A stretch of DNA of 62,343 bases, filler included, from Sphacelaria rigidula (Eukaryota), in assembly GCA_964200075.2 (NCBI GenBank). It is 5 parts of 5 records of this genome, joined end to end, with 100 filler letters (N's around TTAATTAATTAA, not from the genome) between each part and the next. Parts side by side here need not be neighbours in the genome. Positions count along the whole stretch, not along the records: positions 12,490 to 24,878 come from CAXNAA020003826.1; positions 24,979 to 37,367 come from CAXNAA020003827.1; 3 more parts are not named here. The stretch is one strand, 5' to 3'. Shown here in pieces: positions 12,961 to 26,800 of this stretch. The notes under the pieces are model-generated. The model did not search any database, was not told where the DNA came from, and saw nothing but the letters and a program-made list of their open reading frames with translations. Each line of letters begins with the position of its first letter. Positions within the stretch are counted from its first letter, which is position 1. Made by a program: the position numbers and the translations under genes.

Positions 12961-15900
12961 ATACCCCGCCAAGGGGAGATTCGCATCGTTCAAGGGGTTC
13001 AAGGCCCATGCAACGGACGCTCGTGGAGTGTGCTTCGTCGGCAAGGGCAACAAGAGCGACTACCTTGTTTCCGTGGGGGGGAAAGATCGCTGCGTCATGC
13101 AGGTGGCCGGCAGCATGGCTGATTCATCCGATAGTTTCATGCTCATGCTGATCATACCCTCCTTGCTTGCGATTTGCTGCCGTTTTTCGTTCTGTTGGGT
13201 CTGATTTGATTCGGTATTATTTTGTCTTTTATCTTGTACGGCTTTGTTTCGTTTTCGCTTTGTTCCTGCAAAGAAATTTGTAGGTGTCAAAATACTCGCA
13301 TATAGAATTTGGGCTTGGCTCAATAAGATGGCCCTGGCTCGAGAATGCTGTCTGTTGCAACACAACCTGCAGCTGGCATTCCATGCGTGACATGTTGGTG
13401 ATCAGCCGTTGATGAATTGAATGTGGGATCCAGCGTTAGTCCTTCCACCGCCAAAGCGGTGAAGGCATATGACAGCTGTTTCACGAGTATTCGTGGACGG
13501 AAATGAAGTAGGATTGAGATGGACCATCGCCTCGCAGCCAAAACACGAGAAAAAAATGTAAATGTCATGATCTAAAGTAGTGACCTATTTCCATAATTGG
13601 AAGTAAAGTGTGCAAAGGTCGGATGAAATAATGATTCGTCTGAAAACTACTTGCCTTCAGTGTAATTGATTCGTGTCGTACGAATCACTTCTTGGGCTGG
13701 CTATGTTTTCAGCGTTGAACCCCAGGTACCCGCACCCCAGGCACGTGCAATGGCGCATTAAAATGCGTGGGAAATGTTTCGTCTCGCGAGCAAATTCATC
13801 CTCTCTTTCAATTAATCAGGCCGCCGGTGTCGTAGATTTGGTGACTTGAACCAGCGATGCCTTGTCCGACCCGTGATGATGTGTCAAATCTTAAGGAGAT
13901 CCACGACAGTATGGCTGTTCTACACCTGCTGCGGCAGTATTTTCGCATTCATATTTCTCCATTTTTTATGGAACTTCTAGGGGAGGATAGGGAGGGTAGC
14001 ATACCAGGATCGAGATGGCCCAAAACCAGATACTAGCGCGACCACGAAGATATATGACCAGGCACCATTTAGATTATGAATACAAAATATCATCATCATG
14101 TATGCTGCCTTCTTGAACTAGTTTCCTTTTTCGCTCGGCTCATGCGGTCATTCGGAGTCATCGCTTGTTGAATTAGCCTCTATATGCGCCGAGGAAACAG
14201 CGGACTCTGTACTGTCGGCTGAATGAAGTCACTCTTCGGTAAGATGTCTCGCGTTTTCTCTTCTTGATTGTACTTGTCTCTGAGATGATCTTCCGGCATA
14301 TCTTGTTGCCCGGATTGCAAAGAATAGGAAAAGAACGGGCGGTTTTAATTCATTGACTGCCAGCATATTTTCGTCGTCAATGAGCAACGTAATATCCATT
14401 TACTCATTTTCGTCAAACGCGATTTCACTCACAATCGTTTTCCACCGAAGTGTGCAGATAGACTCTCAATTCTGAGGAAGAAGGCATTCGGTCTTACTTA
14501 TTAGTGACCTCCAGTGAAACGCGAGGCAATACCGTGGTATTGTGCGAGTGGTAATTTTCCACTTCAACAGGTGCGGTATCAAAATCAGTTATACGTCTTC
14601 AATATGTCGATCACCTCAACATTCAATTTTGTGCAATCCATTGGATCAGGATCGATATCTAACCTTCACGTGCTTCGACATCCTGTCTATGCAAATCTTA
14701 CCTTGCCTCGCCGGTTGACAACACGCAGTGGAAGCTCATCCATCAAGACCCTGGCTGCACCACCTCGGAGGAGGCTTCCGCCGCAGCCAATTCCGAGCAA
14801 GATCCATGGGTTCAAGCCGAGGTACTCGGGTATAACGTATAAGCTGCCACTATGAACTAGTGTCTCGCTATTATTCAGGAATCTTTGAGCGAGCTTCGAA
14901 CCGTTGCAAACCCGAACATTGCGACATCTGCCTTTGTTTACCGCGTGGTGGACACTGTACGCTAGTATGTTGAAAATCGCGACCCTGCGACCGCCAAGTG
15001 GTCCATAGAGCTAGCTCATTGATGCTCATCTGTACGTGGGAAAACTGAGGGGTGACAGTGAATCACAAATAGATCATAGGCTAAACCCACGACAACAGTG
15101 TTGTATTTTCCCGCGATACTCCCAGCCCGTTTCTTTCCTCGGGACGAGCCCATGGTCGTTTCAACGGGTCAACCCATCTCTCCACCAGTAGATGCCTAAA
15201 CCGTTCGCGTCGCGGATTGGATCGTCACACCCGCGCCGCGTCCATACTAAATCGACTTTTCTTGGCTACTCACGATCTCACGTTTGCAACGACGGAAGCC
15301 AGATTCTGCTAAAAACAAGTGTATCTGTCGAGGCTACGTGCTGTGACGGTTTAAGAGACAACCAACTAGAGTACTTACCAGTCAGCGCATCGACTGCCAA
15401 CAAGACCTCTGGTGTTGTCGCTCTCACCGTACCCTTGAGTTACTCGTCTCCCCCACTCATTTCCAGAGTGTGTGCACTGGCGTCCATAGCAGTACACTCC
15501 AAACATAGCCACCAGGCTATACCCCCCCCTTTTTCTTTTTGGGCCAAATGTTTTACAGAGGTTTCCTCTCCTCTTTTTTCTTCAAAGAGGGTGCGTCCGA
15601 CGGGAATCGAGCCAGCGACTAACTTTTGCGATGGTTCAAGAGACAAAAGTTAGTCGTGGGGCGGATATTGGATGACATTACCTCAGCAAATCAGAACACA
15701 ATGCGACAGTACCCACCTCAAAACTCGAATTGGCATCAGAACAGTCTGCGATAAAGATGCGGAACTAGAACTCCTTCCAAAACGTCAGAAGGACAAAACT
15801 GTGGAACAAAGATGATACTGCTGATGTAATGTTCGTCCGACATGCATCGCAGGAACGAACAAATTTACAAACGTGTCGAAGTTTTGGCCACAAAATGACA

Positions 15901-18900
15901 ACTTTTTACAGTAGAGACTAGGTGGCAGTGCGCGTTCTCGGCAAAACGAAGTAAATGTCGTCGAATTCACTCACGTTTGTGCTGTGGAGAAGATTCGCTT
16001 ATCACTACACCATTCAGCAGCTCAAATTCGTGGATCGCACCTTCTTCTCACGACCCCCCGACGAAGAAATCGACTCATTCCATGGCTTGGCATGTGCAGT
16101 ACTAACTGCACGTACGCCGTTCTTCGTTGTCGTTTACCATGAGCAGCTAGAATCGCTGGGGAAACCGCCGGAAGTTGCGAAGTTCCACGGTGCCCGCCTG
16201 TGGGAAACCGGGCCAGGGCTTAAGGGACCCGCCCCGCAGTCTGACGCATCGGCGCCGGACGGGTTAATTCTTGAATTGGAATGCGCTAATGGCTACAACG
16301 CTGCCGGTCAGGCCAGGTACTTTGCTTTGACAGTGTACTTGTTAGCTACACGAGCGACCTTGAAAGAGGTAAATATGATGCCCTCCTACTGCTGGTGGAT
16401 AACAGCCGATCATCGAAATTGAGGATGGAGCTTTTCATTGAGGATAAGAACCCGGAGGATTAAAATCTTCGTATCCACACCAAATCTTCGAAATATGGTC
16501 CCATTTTAATACTCACTGATAGCTATTGACAACTACTACACGACATACACATTCGAATATCGATAGCCGAACTATTGGCGTCCTAGGTGAAAAACCAATG
16601 TTGGGGAATTCCGGCGATCCGATCGGATCAACTGAATTCTCCAAGATTGTTTCTTCACCCAGAACCCCAACGTGTCGCTTATCAGGATCCAAATTTGTAT
16701 GGCGTGTAGTAGTTGTCGATAGCTACCAGTAGGTGAAGGAGTGGAACTATATTTCGATAATTTGGTGTGGATACGAAGATTATAATCCTCGGGGTTCTCA
16801 TCCTCAATGAAAAGCTCTATCCTCAATTTCAGTGATCGGCTGTTAAATGGAGTAATTGACTGATTGGTTGATCGATTGTCGCATACTGACCCCCGAGGAA
16901 TGTCGACATCGTCATAATCCACAAGATAGACGTACCCAAGATAAACAGAGCGTGAACCCTCGCTGGAAAAAACTGAAGGAAACAAAAAGGTATAAAACGA
17001 CAAATAGAGCTAGCTGCCCCCAAGATTGTCATTTCCCATCAATCAATTGAGCACACACTTGTCATCGTACACTCACATGACCCGATTTTCACGTGCAGCC
17101 ACCTGTTTCCAATCATGTTGGTGCTATCTCGAAGCACCTCGTCGCTATCCGTAGGTGTGTTGGTGCTGTTTCCACCAATGAATTGCTATTTCCATCGGTT
17201 AGGTGCTGTTTCCAACAATTTTTCTCAAGTCACGTTCCTGCCTATTTTTCCCTCAGTGTCGGTGCTCCTTCCAATGCGTTTTTTGTGTTGCCACACATGT
17301 TTCCTCATTTCTGGTGCCTTAGAAACAATTTGGGTTTCTCTGCCACGGGAAAGGTGGTCCTAGCATGCGCTTCTTTGGGCATCGTGTACGACAAGGTGCA
17401 GTGAACGTATCAGTGCCCCGTGTTGTTCCGTTGTACTTTTTCATTCTGATCTGGAATAAAAGACAAGAGTAGTTATGACGTATGTCGGATTGCGGTTCCC
17501 GTAAACAAGGAAGAACTCTCGTGTGCAAACCGGTATGGTTCACATGCCGATCCAGTCTCCAAAACGAGGAGTAGGATTCATCAAGTTACGAATGGTTGCA
17601 CGGCTCCCCAGTATGAAAAGGTACTTGACCTACTTTTACGCGGACATCTCACCCGTAATTGAGCAACAATCGCGGCTCTTTTCCGACCAAAGAAATACCC
17701 TCGCCATGCAACAAGTCGGTGTACAGTTGTTCTCGTGCGGGCATTTCACCCCCAATTTCCGCCTCATTAGTAAGGCTTGACGGAGAAAAAGTATGCCTGC
17801 AGTTTTTCGACCGCGAGTTTGTGCAGGCACGACACGCTTGAATTTATTGATCACTTTTCACAGTCCCCCGCCCGTTGACAACGCGCAGACTGGGCAATCA
17901 AATAGACTACCACGAAAACTCCTCGTTTACATGAAAAGCAACTTACCACAGCTACGATCGCGCGCGCTCGCAGAGACCAACTTCTACGCTCACAACAAAC
18001 CATCTGTCGGATTGCTTGGTGCAGGCACCTATCCCGTAATTGACGTCTGAGGTGAATCTCTCGCGCAGGCATTTCACTCTCAAGTGATTTTCGCTCGGCA
18101 CAGTGGCCGGGTGGTCAGTCTGGCGGTTTCGGCATGTGGGCGATTCGTGGCGACAGGACAGGAGGGACGAGACGCCTGCGCCATCGTTTGGGATCCCACA
18201 ACGGGACACGTGAGCGCTTTACTTCTTTTAGTGTCAGGGAATACTTTTGCACTGAAGCACATGTGACAAGGTCAAAGTGCATACGAACGAATAGGAGGAA
18301 TAATATCAGTTTCTGGGCTAAGTAGCCTTCTAGTACCTGACATGCATATTCTAGGACCGGCCCGGCATTCATTCTTCCGGTCCGCGTATTCATTGGGTTC
18401 AGGTATAATTACGACACGGTAGATTCTACTGGGCAGCCGACTGATGGGCAAGGGATAGAATCCTTATAGGACGGAAGGGGCTAGAGGCCTGTATCATTAT
18501 CTACGATCGCGCTACGTGGCACTTGAGCGTGGACACAAGATGTGAACGACAATTGCAGTTCAGTTAACGCCTGCATGCGTCACACGCGGTAGTTTTAGAA
18601 ACAAAATCCACAATGAAAGGCCACAATAGATGTCACTCTAAACGTGCTCTAGGTGTGGCCATCGGTGTCCAGTTTTCATATTATGATCGGGCGGCGACCG
18701 ATGCCTAAGTGCACTCACGATACTCAGTATGAAGAGGTCGCAGCCATTGCGCTACAGTACCCTTACACATTTCCATGAATATCGGCGTTGAACTGACAGG
18801 CTTGGGCCGCTCGCTATCTTACTGTTTTTGGATTGAGTGTTACGATCTCTTCTTATTCCCGTTCGGTTTATCGCTGGCCAGCACTTCCCAGGCAAACACG

Positions 18901-21900
18901 GACACCCTCACTAACAACGCCGATATACGTTCGTCCTTACCTCACTACCTACCTTGTCGCCCACTACTTGCAGCAAAAATGCTCTCTCCCAGCCTCATTA
19001 TCTGGGGCCGTGCGGAGGCTATCATTTTCATCGGACGGACGATCGCTGTGCGGGGTGGGAGCTGACCGCGATAATTCTCTGTGCGTGTGGGCATCGGCTT
19101 CAGGCACTTGGCTGGACGGTGCGAGGGTTGCCCTCGGCCAAGGGCCAAGACGTGCGGTGCTGTTTGTCACGTGGACTGGAGGCGATGTGTCTTCCCCCTA
19201 CCAGGTCAACTTGTATTCCTTATACACTGCAATGTTTCCAGGCTAGTGACGACTTTTCCGCTGATGGTTGATTGTAGCTCATATTTTGCACGACAGGTAG
19301 TGACGCGTGCCGTTACTCGCTCGGTGATTTGACCACAGTTGGCTGTAATCGGCTAAGCGACAGAAAACTTGGCGCCATCCCGTAGGCCTCTCATGGGAGC
19401 TGTGTTTGTGTATATGGTGGAACTTAGCGCACACCCCAACATACCAACCCCCATTAATGCAAAAGCACCGCAGTCAGCTATTGATCATTTCAGGATTTCA
19501 GCCACAGTTTTACTACCGGGAACATTTTTTTCAGGATTTCACCTTCGTGCGGCGGGAAAGAACGAATTGCCCGTATTTGTTGCGTAAACGGGGTCACCTC
19601 AGACTGTCTTGGACGACTACAGCGTGTTGTGCATGATAGCATCCGAGGTGTACCACTTTCAGAGCAAAGTCTTCAGCGCTTACCACCTGAGAGCAATAAC
19701 ATGACGGCTCTTTATCACATCTAAGCATACGACGCGTAATCGCTTTTTACCAGTATATAGCTAGAATATTCCTTTGTTCTCACTGTATTTGACATAGATA
19801 CTGCCGTAGTGCCCCTAGGTCGACCATTTCGACTTTCTCTCTATACGCCTTTCATTCCTCTTCCGCAGATCATGACTGGAGGACAAAACTACGTAAACTT
19901 CTGGACACTGCGTCCCAATCTATCCTCACGCCTCGGCAGAAAGAATTCCAAAGATACCGAGGAAAAGACAGAACCACAGAGCCCGTCGGCAGAATCAAAC
20001 AGTCCTCCAGCTGCCGTTTTCAAGGGAGATCCGATGTCGGAAACTTTCCTATGCGGAGTGGCTATCGGGAACACCGGCGGATGTCCGTCGGCCGTTGTGA
20101 CCGGCACAGCCAGCGGTTCCTTCGCCGTGTGGCAAGAGTTTGAGTGTGTCAGGATGCTTCCCGGTGCTCACGGTACGTTGTTATCGCATGTAACGAACGT
20201 CTGTCGCTAGAAACTCTGCTGGAATGCTTGGTGAAGCGGAGTATCGTCCGTTTCATGTGCGCACAAGATGGCCACCAACATTTTACAAATCATGTATCAA
20301 ATGACATTGATCGGCAAATTTAGCTCATCAACGACCACCTTTTCACCACTGCAGTGAGTAATACCCATGATCCAGAATACGGTCTTTCGCCAAATGGATC
20401 AACCTTGTTGGGCACAGTTTACGGGTGACGACCATGGCTTTAGAGTTGCTATTGTCGCTATTGTCGTGGTTTGCACACACCACGAATGACGGTAGAAATA
20501 TCCCATGCGCTAGCCCACTGTACGCAGCCCATCATGGTACGTTTGGTCCAATCGTTGACCCTATTCTACACCCCCCCGAAACACTATGACATTCCCACAC
20601 AATCAATGTTTTCCGGCGCCGCTCCGCCTCGCGATGTACCCCTTTCACTTGTGCCTGAACAAACTGAACGTAGGATCTTCCGCTGTGTTGTGCCTGAGCC
20701 CGACCCGATCGGGAGGATTCGTGTCCGGCGGTGGGGATGGAGCAGTGACCGTCTGGGACGAGAACCTAAATGTCACTGGATCGCCTGTTACCATACCTCA
20801 GGTAAAAAATGGGCTTCACTTGAAATGAAATATTTTTCGCCTCAACTTGTCCGACCAAAATTTCTGCTCAAAATTGTTTCCGTCAGAACGTGAGTGATAT
20901 CACGGTAGGGGTGCACAATTTTTCCCAAGGCTCTTCATTTTAGCAGCCCCTCAACGAGGAATATTTGGGCCCAAATGTGCAACCTAAAACAACGTCCGGC
21001 CAATAACGTACACCCCTACCGGAGTACGACTCACGTGGGATCACCGACCCTAGACCCCGCCTTCAGCCATTCTGCGGCATTGCTTGCAAAAAAGACATTA
21101 TTGGAATATATTGATTCTCGAAAACGGGCTGAACAACTAGGCGTTGATAACGCATATTTCCCATGAAATCGTCGGATCGTCAAAATTGTCAATAACCCCG
21201 TCGGTACGATGATTCGTTGTCGCGGTATCACTATGGTGCACGGTTTGCGGTACGTGTTGAATGCGGGGCTGCAAAGGTTGGCATTTTTTGTTTTGGCATC
21301 GCTCGGTACTACCGTATGTGGTTACCCTAAAGGGCGGTACGCTACGCTACATGACCGAACGACTGTGGTATATACGCGGTGAACTCATTTCATTTTTGTC
21401 GCTGATGACTGCGGAAACGTCGTTATGCCTTATCCGGAAACTTGCAATAAAAAAACGTATTTCAAGGATGTTTAACGCTAACCAGCAGAGTTGGGACCAG
21501 AGCGCTCACCTTTGAGCCATACGTACTCCATTTCCACATGGTATTTGATGTTTTCTGAGGAATTTCAATACGATATTTGTGACTTGCAGGACAGTACGAC
21601 GTGATACGAGTGGTCTGCGGTACGGTGCTGTATGGTTACAGAGAATACGACCTTGTGATAGCGTGGTATGGTACGGTGGTGGAAATTACGCATTTGTCCG
21701 GCACTGCCGCAAAATTCCATATACCGCAATTTATCACTTTGAACTCACCACGGCAACCCTTCCCAAGAGAGCCATGACAATATTTCTCATCTCTTTACCT
21801 GTCCCACCCATCTTGTGGGAGCACACGCAGGAGCGCTGCCCCATGAGTAGCTTTATGATCATGGTTCTACCTCTTTCCTCCTTGTTGATGAGGCTCCCCC

Positions 21901-23814
21901 GTGCGGTTCATTCGTATCTCGCATAGACGACCAGCTCGTGCGAAGCTATTCGGGCTGTGACCGTCAATCAAAACGAGAGCAACATGGCGGTCGGCGCTTC
22001 CTCTGGCCGGGTTATCGAGGTATGCAATACTTTTTGAACATCGGCGATGGCGTTGACGCCGCTTGTTTTTGTGTCTCCCCGTCTTCAGTGTTGGGAAACC
22101 CCAAGAGTCCGGAACCATGCTCCTTTTCCTACACGATCCATAGGCACGATAGAACGAATCGGCACTATTGTCTCGGCCTACAAGTTAAGCTGAATCCAAA
22201 CGCAGCCCAAGACTACCTCGACCAGACACAAAACGTAGGTCACCTACTTGTCGCACGTGACACGCACCTCTGATCAAGCCCAAAGCAGTAGAGTTTCAAT
22301 GCACCCGTAGTGAACATCAAAGTCATGGATTAACGCTCAAGGTTTGAAATGTCGCCCGACAGGTGCGCTCTATCGCACTGTCTCTCCTCCCGTTCCAACG
22401 CTTCTGAGCCGAACTCGACGCCATGTGAAGGTGCCGTTCTTTGGTCGTACGAGGTACTTAATTCACACGAGACACATCTATTACCCCCCTCCCTCCTGTC
22501 GCCAGTTCAACATATCAACATGGCATCACCCGAGATAATATCAGCATTCTGCACTATACACGTCTGATTATCAATATCATAACCGCAGGTGAAAACTGCA
22601 AGTAGTACTTCAACAGATTCATGGCATCGCTGCCTGTACATCGTTCTCCATGCCTTGATTCGAATTCTTATATTCCATGCCCGGTTTTGCCTTGCAGGTG
22701 TCCCTCGACTCCGGAGACACTTCAACCATAGTAGATGGCGCGTGTGCGGCCGTCACACCCGCCCCTACAGACGCACAGAAGACAACACCCGCCGCGCGTT
22801 CTGCCGTCGCCCACAGCCCCACGGACCCCGACACATACATTACCGGTGCTTCCGACGGCTATCTTAGAAAATGGTCGGTCAGCGGCCGACGACTTGTGAC
22901 CAAAGTAGCCGTGGGGTCCGCATCGTCATCGACGGAAGGATCCAGTACGGGCGGTGATGATGGGGTGGTGGTGGCTCCAGTGGCAGGGGTAGGGGGTGAT
23001 GGTGGCAGCATCTGCGGAAAAGCCTCGCGAAAAGCTCCTGGTATTGGTGCTGTTCGCTGGGCATCTGGCACTACCGGCTTCGTGTTGTGTGGGCTGTTTA
23101 CCGGGGATGTGGTGGTCGTGTCCCCTGCTAATATGACCGTCCTCTCAAGGCAAGCCTTGGTATGGCGTCTCGTCCGACGAGTAATTGAAGAATGGGACAT
23201 TGCTTATTTCCTCATATCTCCCAAGTTGTTGTTAGTGAAGGGCTGCAGGGTCGCGTAGTAATGTTGTCTCCCACTGGATATATATATATATATTAATATG
23301 TAAATTTCGTTGTTATGATCGTCACTGCCGCCTGGTCTATTGACCTCCTTGCGTACCTTTTCCCTGTCGTGCCGTCGCGTTCCCCGACCCCCGTACCCCG
23401 TCGTGGCGGTTTTTTTATCTTCCCGTGAAGCTATCCAACTTCATGTTGAACGCTTGATGACAAAACAGATCTATCGTGGTGTTTACATAAGCGAAAATCT
23501 ACACTCACCCTTCTTCCCCCTCCCCCTCCCCCAACATATAGACATGTACTCATCCGTAGTATCAGCTCATCTGCTGTACATATACCACTCGAATATAACG
23601 TTTTTCATTCAGATGTCCCAGCAACGACAAGCCCAAGAGCCCAGTCAGTGCGGCAGCCATATCCTCCGACGAAACAAGTGTTACGGTAGGCTGTGAGGAC
23701 GGATCGCTTCATGGTTTGACTGTCTCCCACGGTGGGACCAGCGTTCAGCATGCCTGGTCCGCGGCGGGTGCGGGAGCGGCAGTGATTGCCATGGATGTCT
23801 CTGCGGACGGAAAG
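12961..23814 (+). CDS. Echinoderm microtubule-associated protein-like (EML5/6-type, multi-TAPE HELP+WD40) protein, internal 11 exons
   Basis: Exons 12961-13102, 14729-14821, 16147-16316, 17323-17395, 18069-18209, 18974-19204, 19869-20172, 20674-20801, 21927-22019, 22698-23149, 23613-23814 join in one frame. End of one TAPE domain (RYP...LVSVGGKDRCVMQ/W), HELP-like LELECANGY...RNNL...GIVYD, WD repeats FVATGQ..IVWD and FVSGGGDGAVTVWD. Confidence 0.88.
15125..15660 (-). mobile_element. Two adjacent degenerate tRNA-SINE copies in EML intron 2
   Basis: 15125-15380 shares its body with 43772-44037. 15440-15650 has B-box-like GGCTCGATTCCC and shares head motif GTCTCTT[AG]AACC[AG]TC; part of its body recurs inverted at ~23895. 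Confidence 0.6.
16402..16843. mobile_element. 442-bp loopless palindromic MITE flanked by TA (Tc1/mariner-like), in an EML intron
   Basis: ta-ACAGCCGATC...GATCGGCTGT-ta; arms align in to the central palindrome GATCCGATCGGATC (~16616-16629). Confidence 0.8.
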
Positions 23815-26800
23815 GTACAAAGCAAGCACATCCTACTATGCGCATCGAGTGAAACTTTTACTGGTGCAATGAATGGACTGCGTTAGCGTAAAACGGCTAT
23901 GTTTGGAGTGGAGTTCGGGTGCATGGGTGCAGCAAGCAGTTTGGGAGCACATTCCAAAGACGACTCCTACGACATTGCTCCTTTGAAATACTTTCAATTT
24001 TGCATCAGTCGCTCCCGTTTCCTGAGTAGGTATTTCTCAACCGACATTGCCAAGTGACTAGCACGACATGCACGTCCATCGTTCAGTTTACATTCATATC
24101 TACCCATGATCTTTTCTTTACCCGCATTGCCGGATAGATACTTCGATACTGTGACGCATCGGGCCGACTATCCTACATCGCCAACACCGGGACGGTGATT
24201 GACTCAGCCCCCCCCGGCGACAGCAATCCTGCCACCTGGACGAGTAGCACGTGTTTCGTCGGACACTGGGGGGTACGAGCGGCATCCAGTAAGTACCACA
24301 GCAGAGGTCGACCGCTAAAACTCTTTCAAGCATTAGGAGCAGCCCAATCCTGCAGGACATTTTGATGATGTGATCTAGACAGTATTTTACTGACAAGGCA
24401 TCTAGAAATCACTCCAGCTGAAGAATAGATCAATGACTGATTGGCGGATTGATTGATTGATTGTCATGAATTTGATCATCCGCTACGACGCCGGCCGTGT
24501 TCGCAAGGTAGAGGTATCAAGGGATAATGAAGAGAAACATTCCCTGAAGGATCTAGTAAAACGAGGGAGACAAACGCAGGTCATTTTCCCGGGGACATGA
24601 TGTACTTCATTTCAAGCAACTCATCGACAACACTCCTGATAATCTTTTTTCCCCTGCCCATTATAATAAAGTACGTCGAGTCGCCGTCGTGTTTTATGGT
24701 GTAATATCGAGTGCAAAGATTTGATCATACTAATGCACGAGCTCACCAGCAAACGAAGAAACGAGTAGCTTGTGCGTGAGTCTCGCCTAATGTTGAACCC
24801 GAAGGCCTGTGACGCTAGCAGGTCTGCTAGTACTGCAGCGTCTAAATGCTGTTGAGGGACTCCCCAGCTCTTCTGGCCNNNNNNNNNNNNNNNNNNNNNN
24901 NNNNNNNNNNNNNNNNNNNNNNTTAATTAATTAANNNNNNNNNNNNNNNNNNNNNNNNNNNNNNNNNNNNNNNNNNNNTGGTGTCAATGGTCAAATGACT
25001 AAGGCAAGCAACAAATGAGTATGCCCCCCTCCCCCCCCCAGAGGCGGTCGAGAATGAGGAAAATAAAAAAATGGTGTCCAAAAACCTGTTTGTTCCTGTT
25101 TCTCCACCAGAATACGGATTTCAACGGTACCTGCACCACTACGATGCTGGCCTGTACCCGAGCAGCTCAAAACCAAGAAGTTTGGGTATATCTGTTGTTC
25201 CAGCCGCCGCAGGAAAGAGAACTTGGCCGTTGGATCATGACTTTTCAGTCAAGGTGGCCGCTAGATGATGACTTCCGGGTAGGTATTTTAGTAGTGAGGC
25301 CGCAATGCTGGAGAGGGCCGTGTACTCCAGACGTGAACCCGATGGTGTTCTGCTTGTTGATCAAGGAGAGAGCTGAATGACACCAGGGGTATACACTACT
25401 ACTGTGACTTGACAGTATAATTCCAACCGGCATAAAAATGTTTTGACAGTTCTCCGATGGTATCAACCAATTAAAGATAATTCAAGGATGATCACCTGGT
25501 GCCCGAGTAAGGGGTGCCCGCGTACGGACAGCTGTGTCGAGGGGCAATCTTTTGTAGGTCGGCATACTGCACAGCGACACAGGTTGAAGCGACAAATGAT
25601 AATCTCGTGAAGATGGTGTCGCTGAAGAAAGTAGTCAACAACTCACAGTTCTGTATTCTTTATCCATGCTGGCATGATCTATTCCAACAAATGCGGGTCT
25701 TATAACACCGACGGCTACGTTTCCAGAATTTTTTACAGATTTATGTGCCGTGCCGCATGATGTCGAGTCAATTATTACGAGAGGATGCTGTTCACAAGAA
25801 TAACAACAGAGACTTGAACGTAGCATACACAATCCTACTACCTGCCGTGCAACCGTAGCATACACAACTTGTACACAAGCCTAGCACAAGCCGGGAAAAG
25901 CCGTTCATGCACGTACTGCACAGTACAGCACCTACTATCGTTATTATCCATCTGATCAGGGGGTACCCAACCCTCCAAAAGGGGGTACCTCCCACCCCCC
26001 CTTCCCCGTCGCCAAAAGTGAGATTTTCGGGAATCGGGGGTGGTGTATAACGTATTCCAGTCTATAAGGCCCCTTGTCATTCTTGTACATCGCTGGCACA
26101 ATGCGTGGATAACGACGACAACCTCTTTCACTTCTTCATTTAATTTGTGCATCTGACTCGTGATACCGGTGTATTCCTTTTTGATGATATGGAGGCGGTG
26201 TATCGTGGTGAAGTGTACGTTCTACTAGCTGAAATCATGTTCCGCAGTTTCAATCATCTCGAGCTCAGACCAGCAAACAGGAGGTTATCGTGGGAAGAGG
26301 GTTGGGCACTGTTAGCTCTAACAGCTCGCTTCACGGACGATGCCGCACATGGGAGAAAGCTGCATGAAGCATGAGATTCGTTACAGCACATGTTGCAAGC
26401 GGTTTTTGCTGAAAAGATTTCTGTATCCGCTAAAACAGGGCGAGTTGGTGCAAGGTTCTCTAGACGCGGGTCCCACTCTGTGCGCATCGGGCTTGAAATA
26501 CACATCCTTGTCTGTTGTACATGAAATATGCTGTTTGCTGCTTCGTGTTCGACACTGCGTACCAACCCCGGCGTTACGCCTTCGGCGGTACTACCTGCTC
26601 ACTGCACAGCGGTAGGGTGCAAGGTGACGAAGCACACCACAGAACGTCACATCCTTAGCCTATCCCTGTACTGTTTTGATTTCGCGCTGTCCTATGCAGT
26701 TCGCCAAATCATGCACGCAACCGCTTGTATCTGCGGTCAACGTGTACGCGGGACATCACCCTTTGCTACGCCCTATATCGCTGCGACACATTTAATAAAA

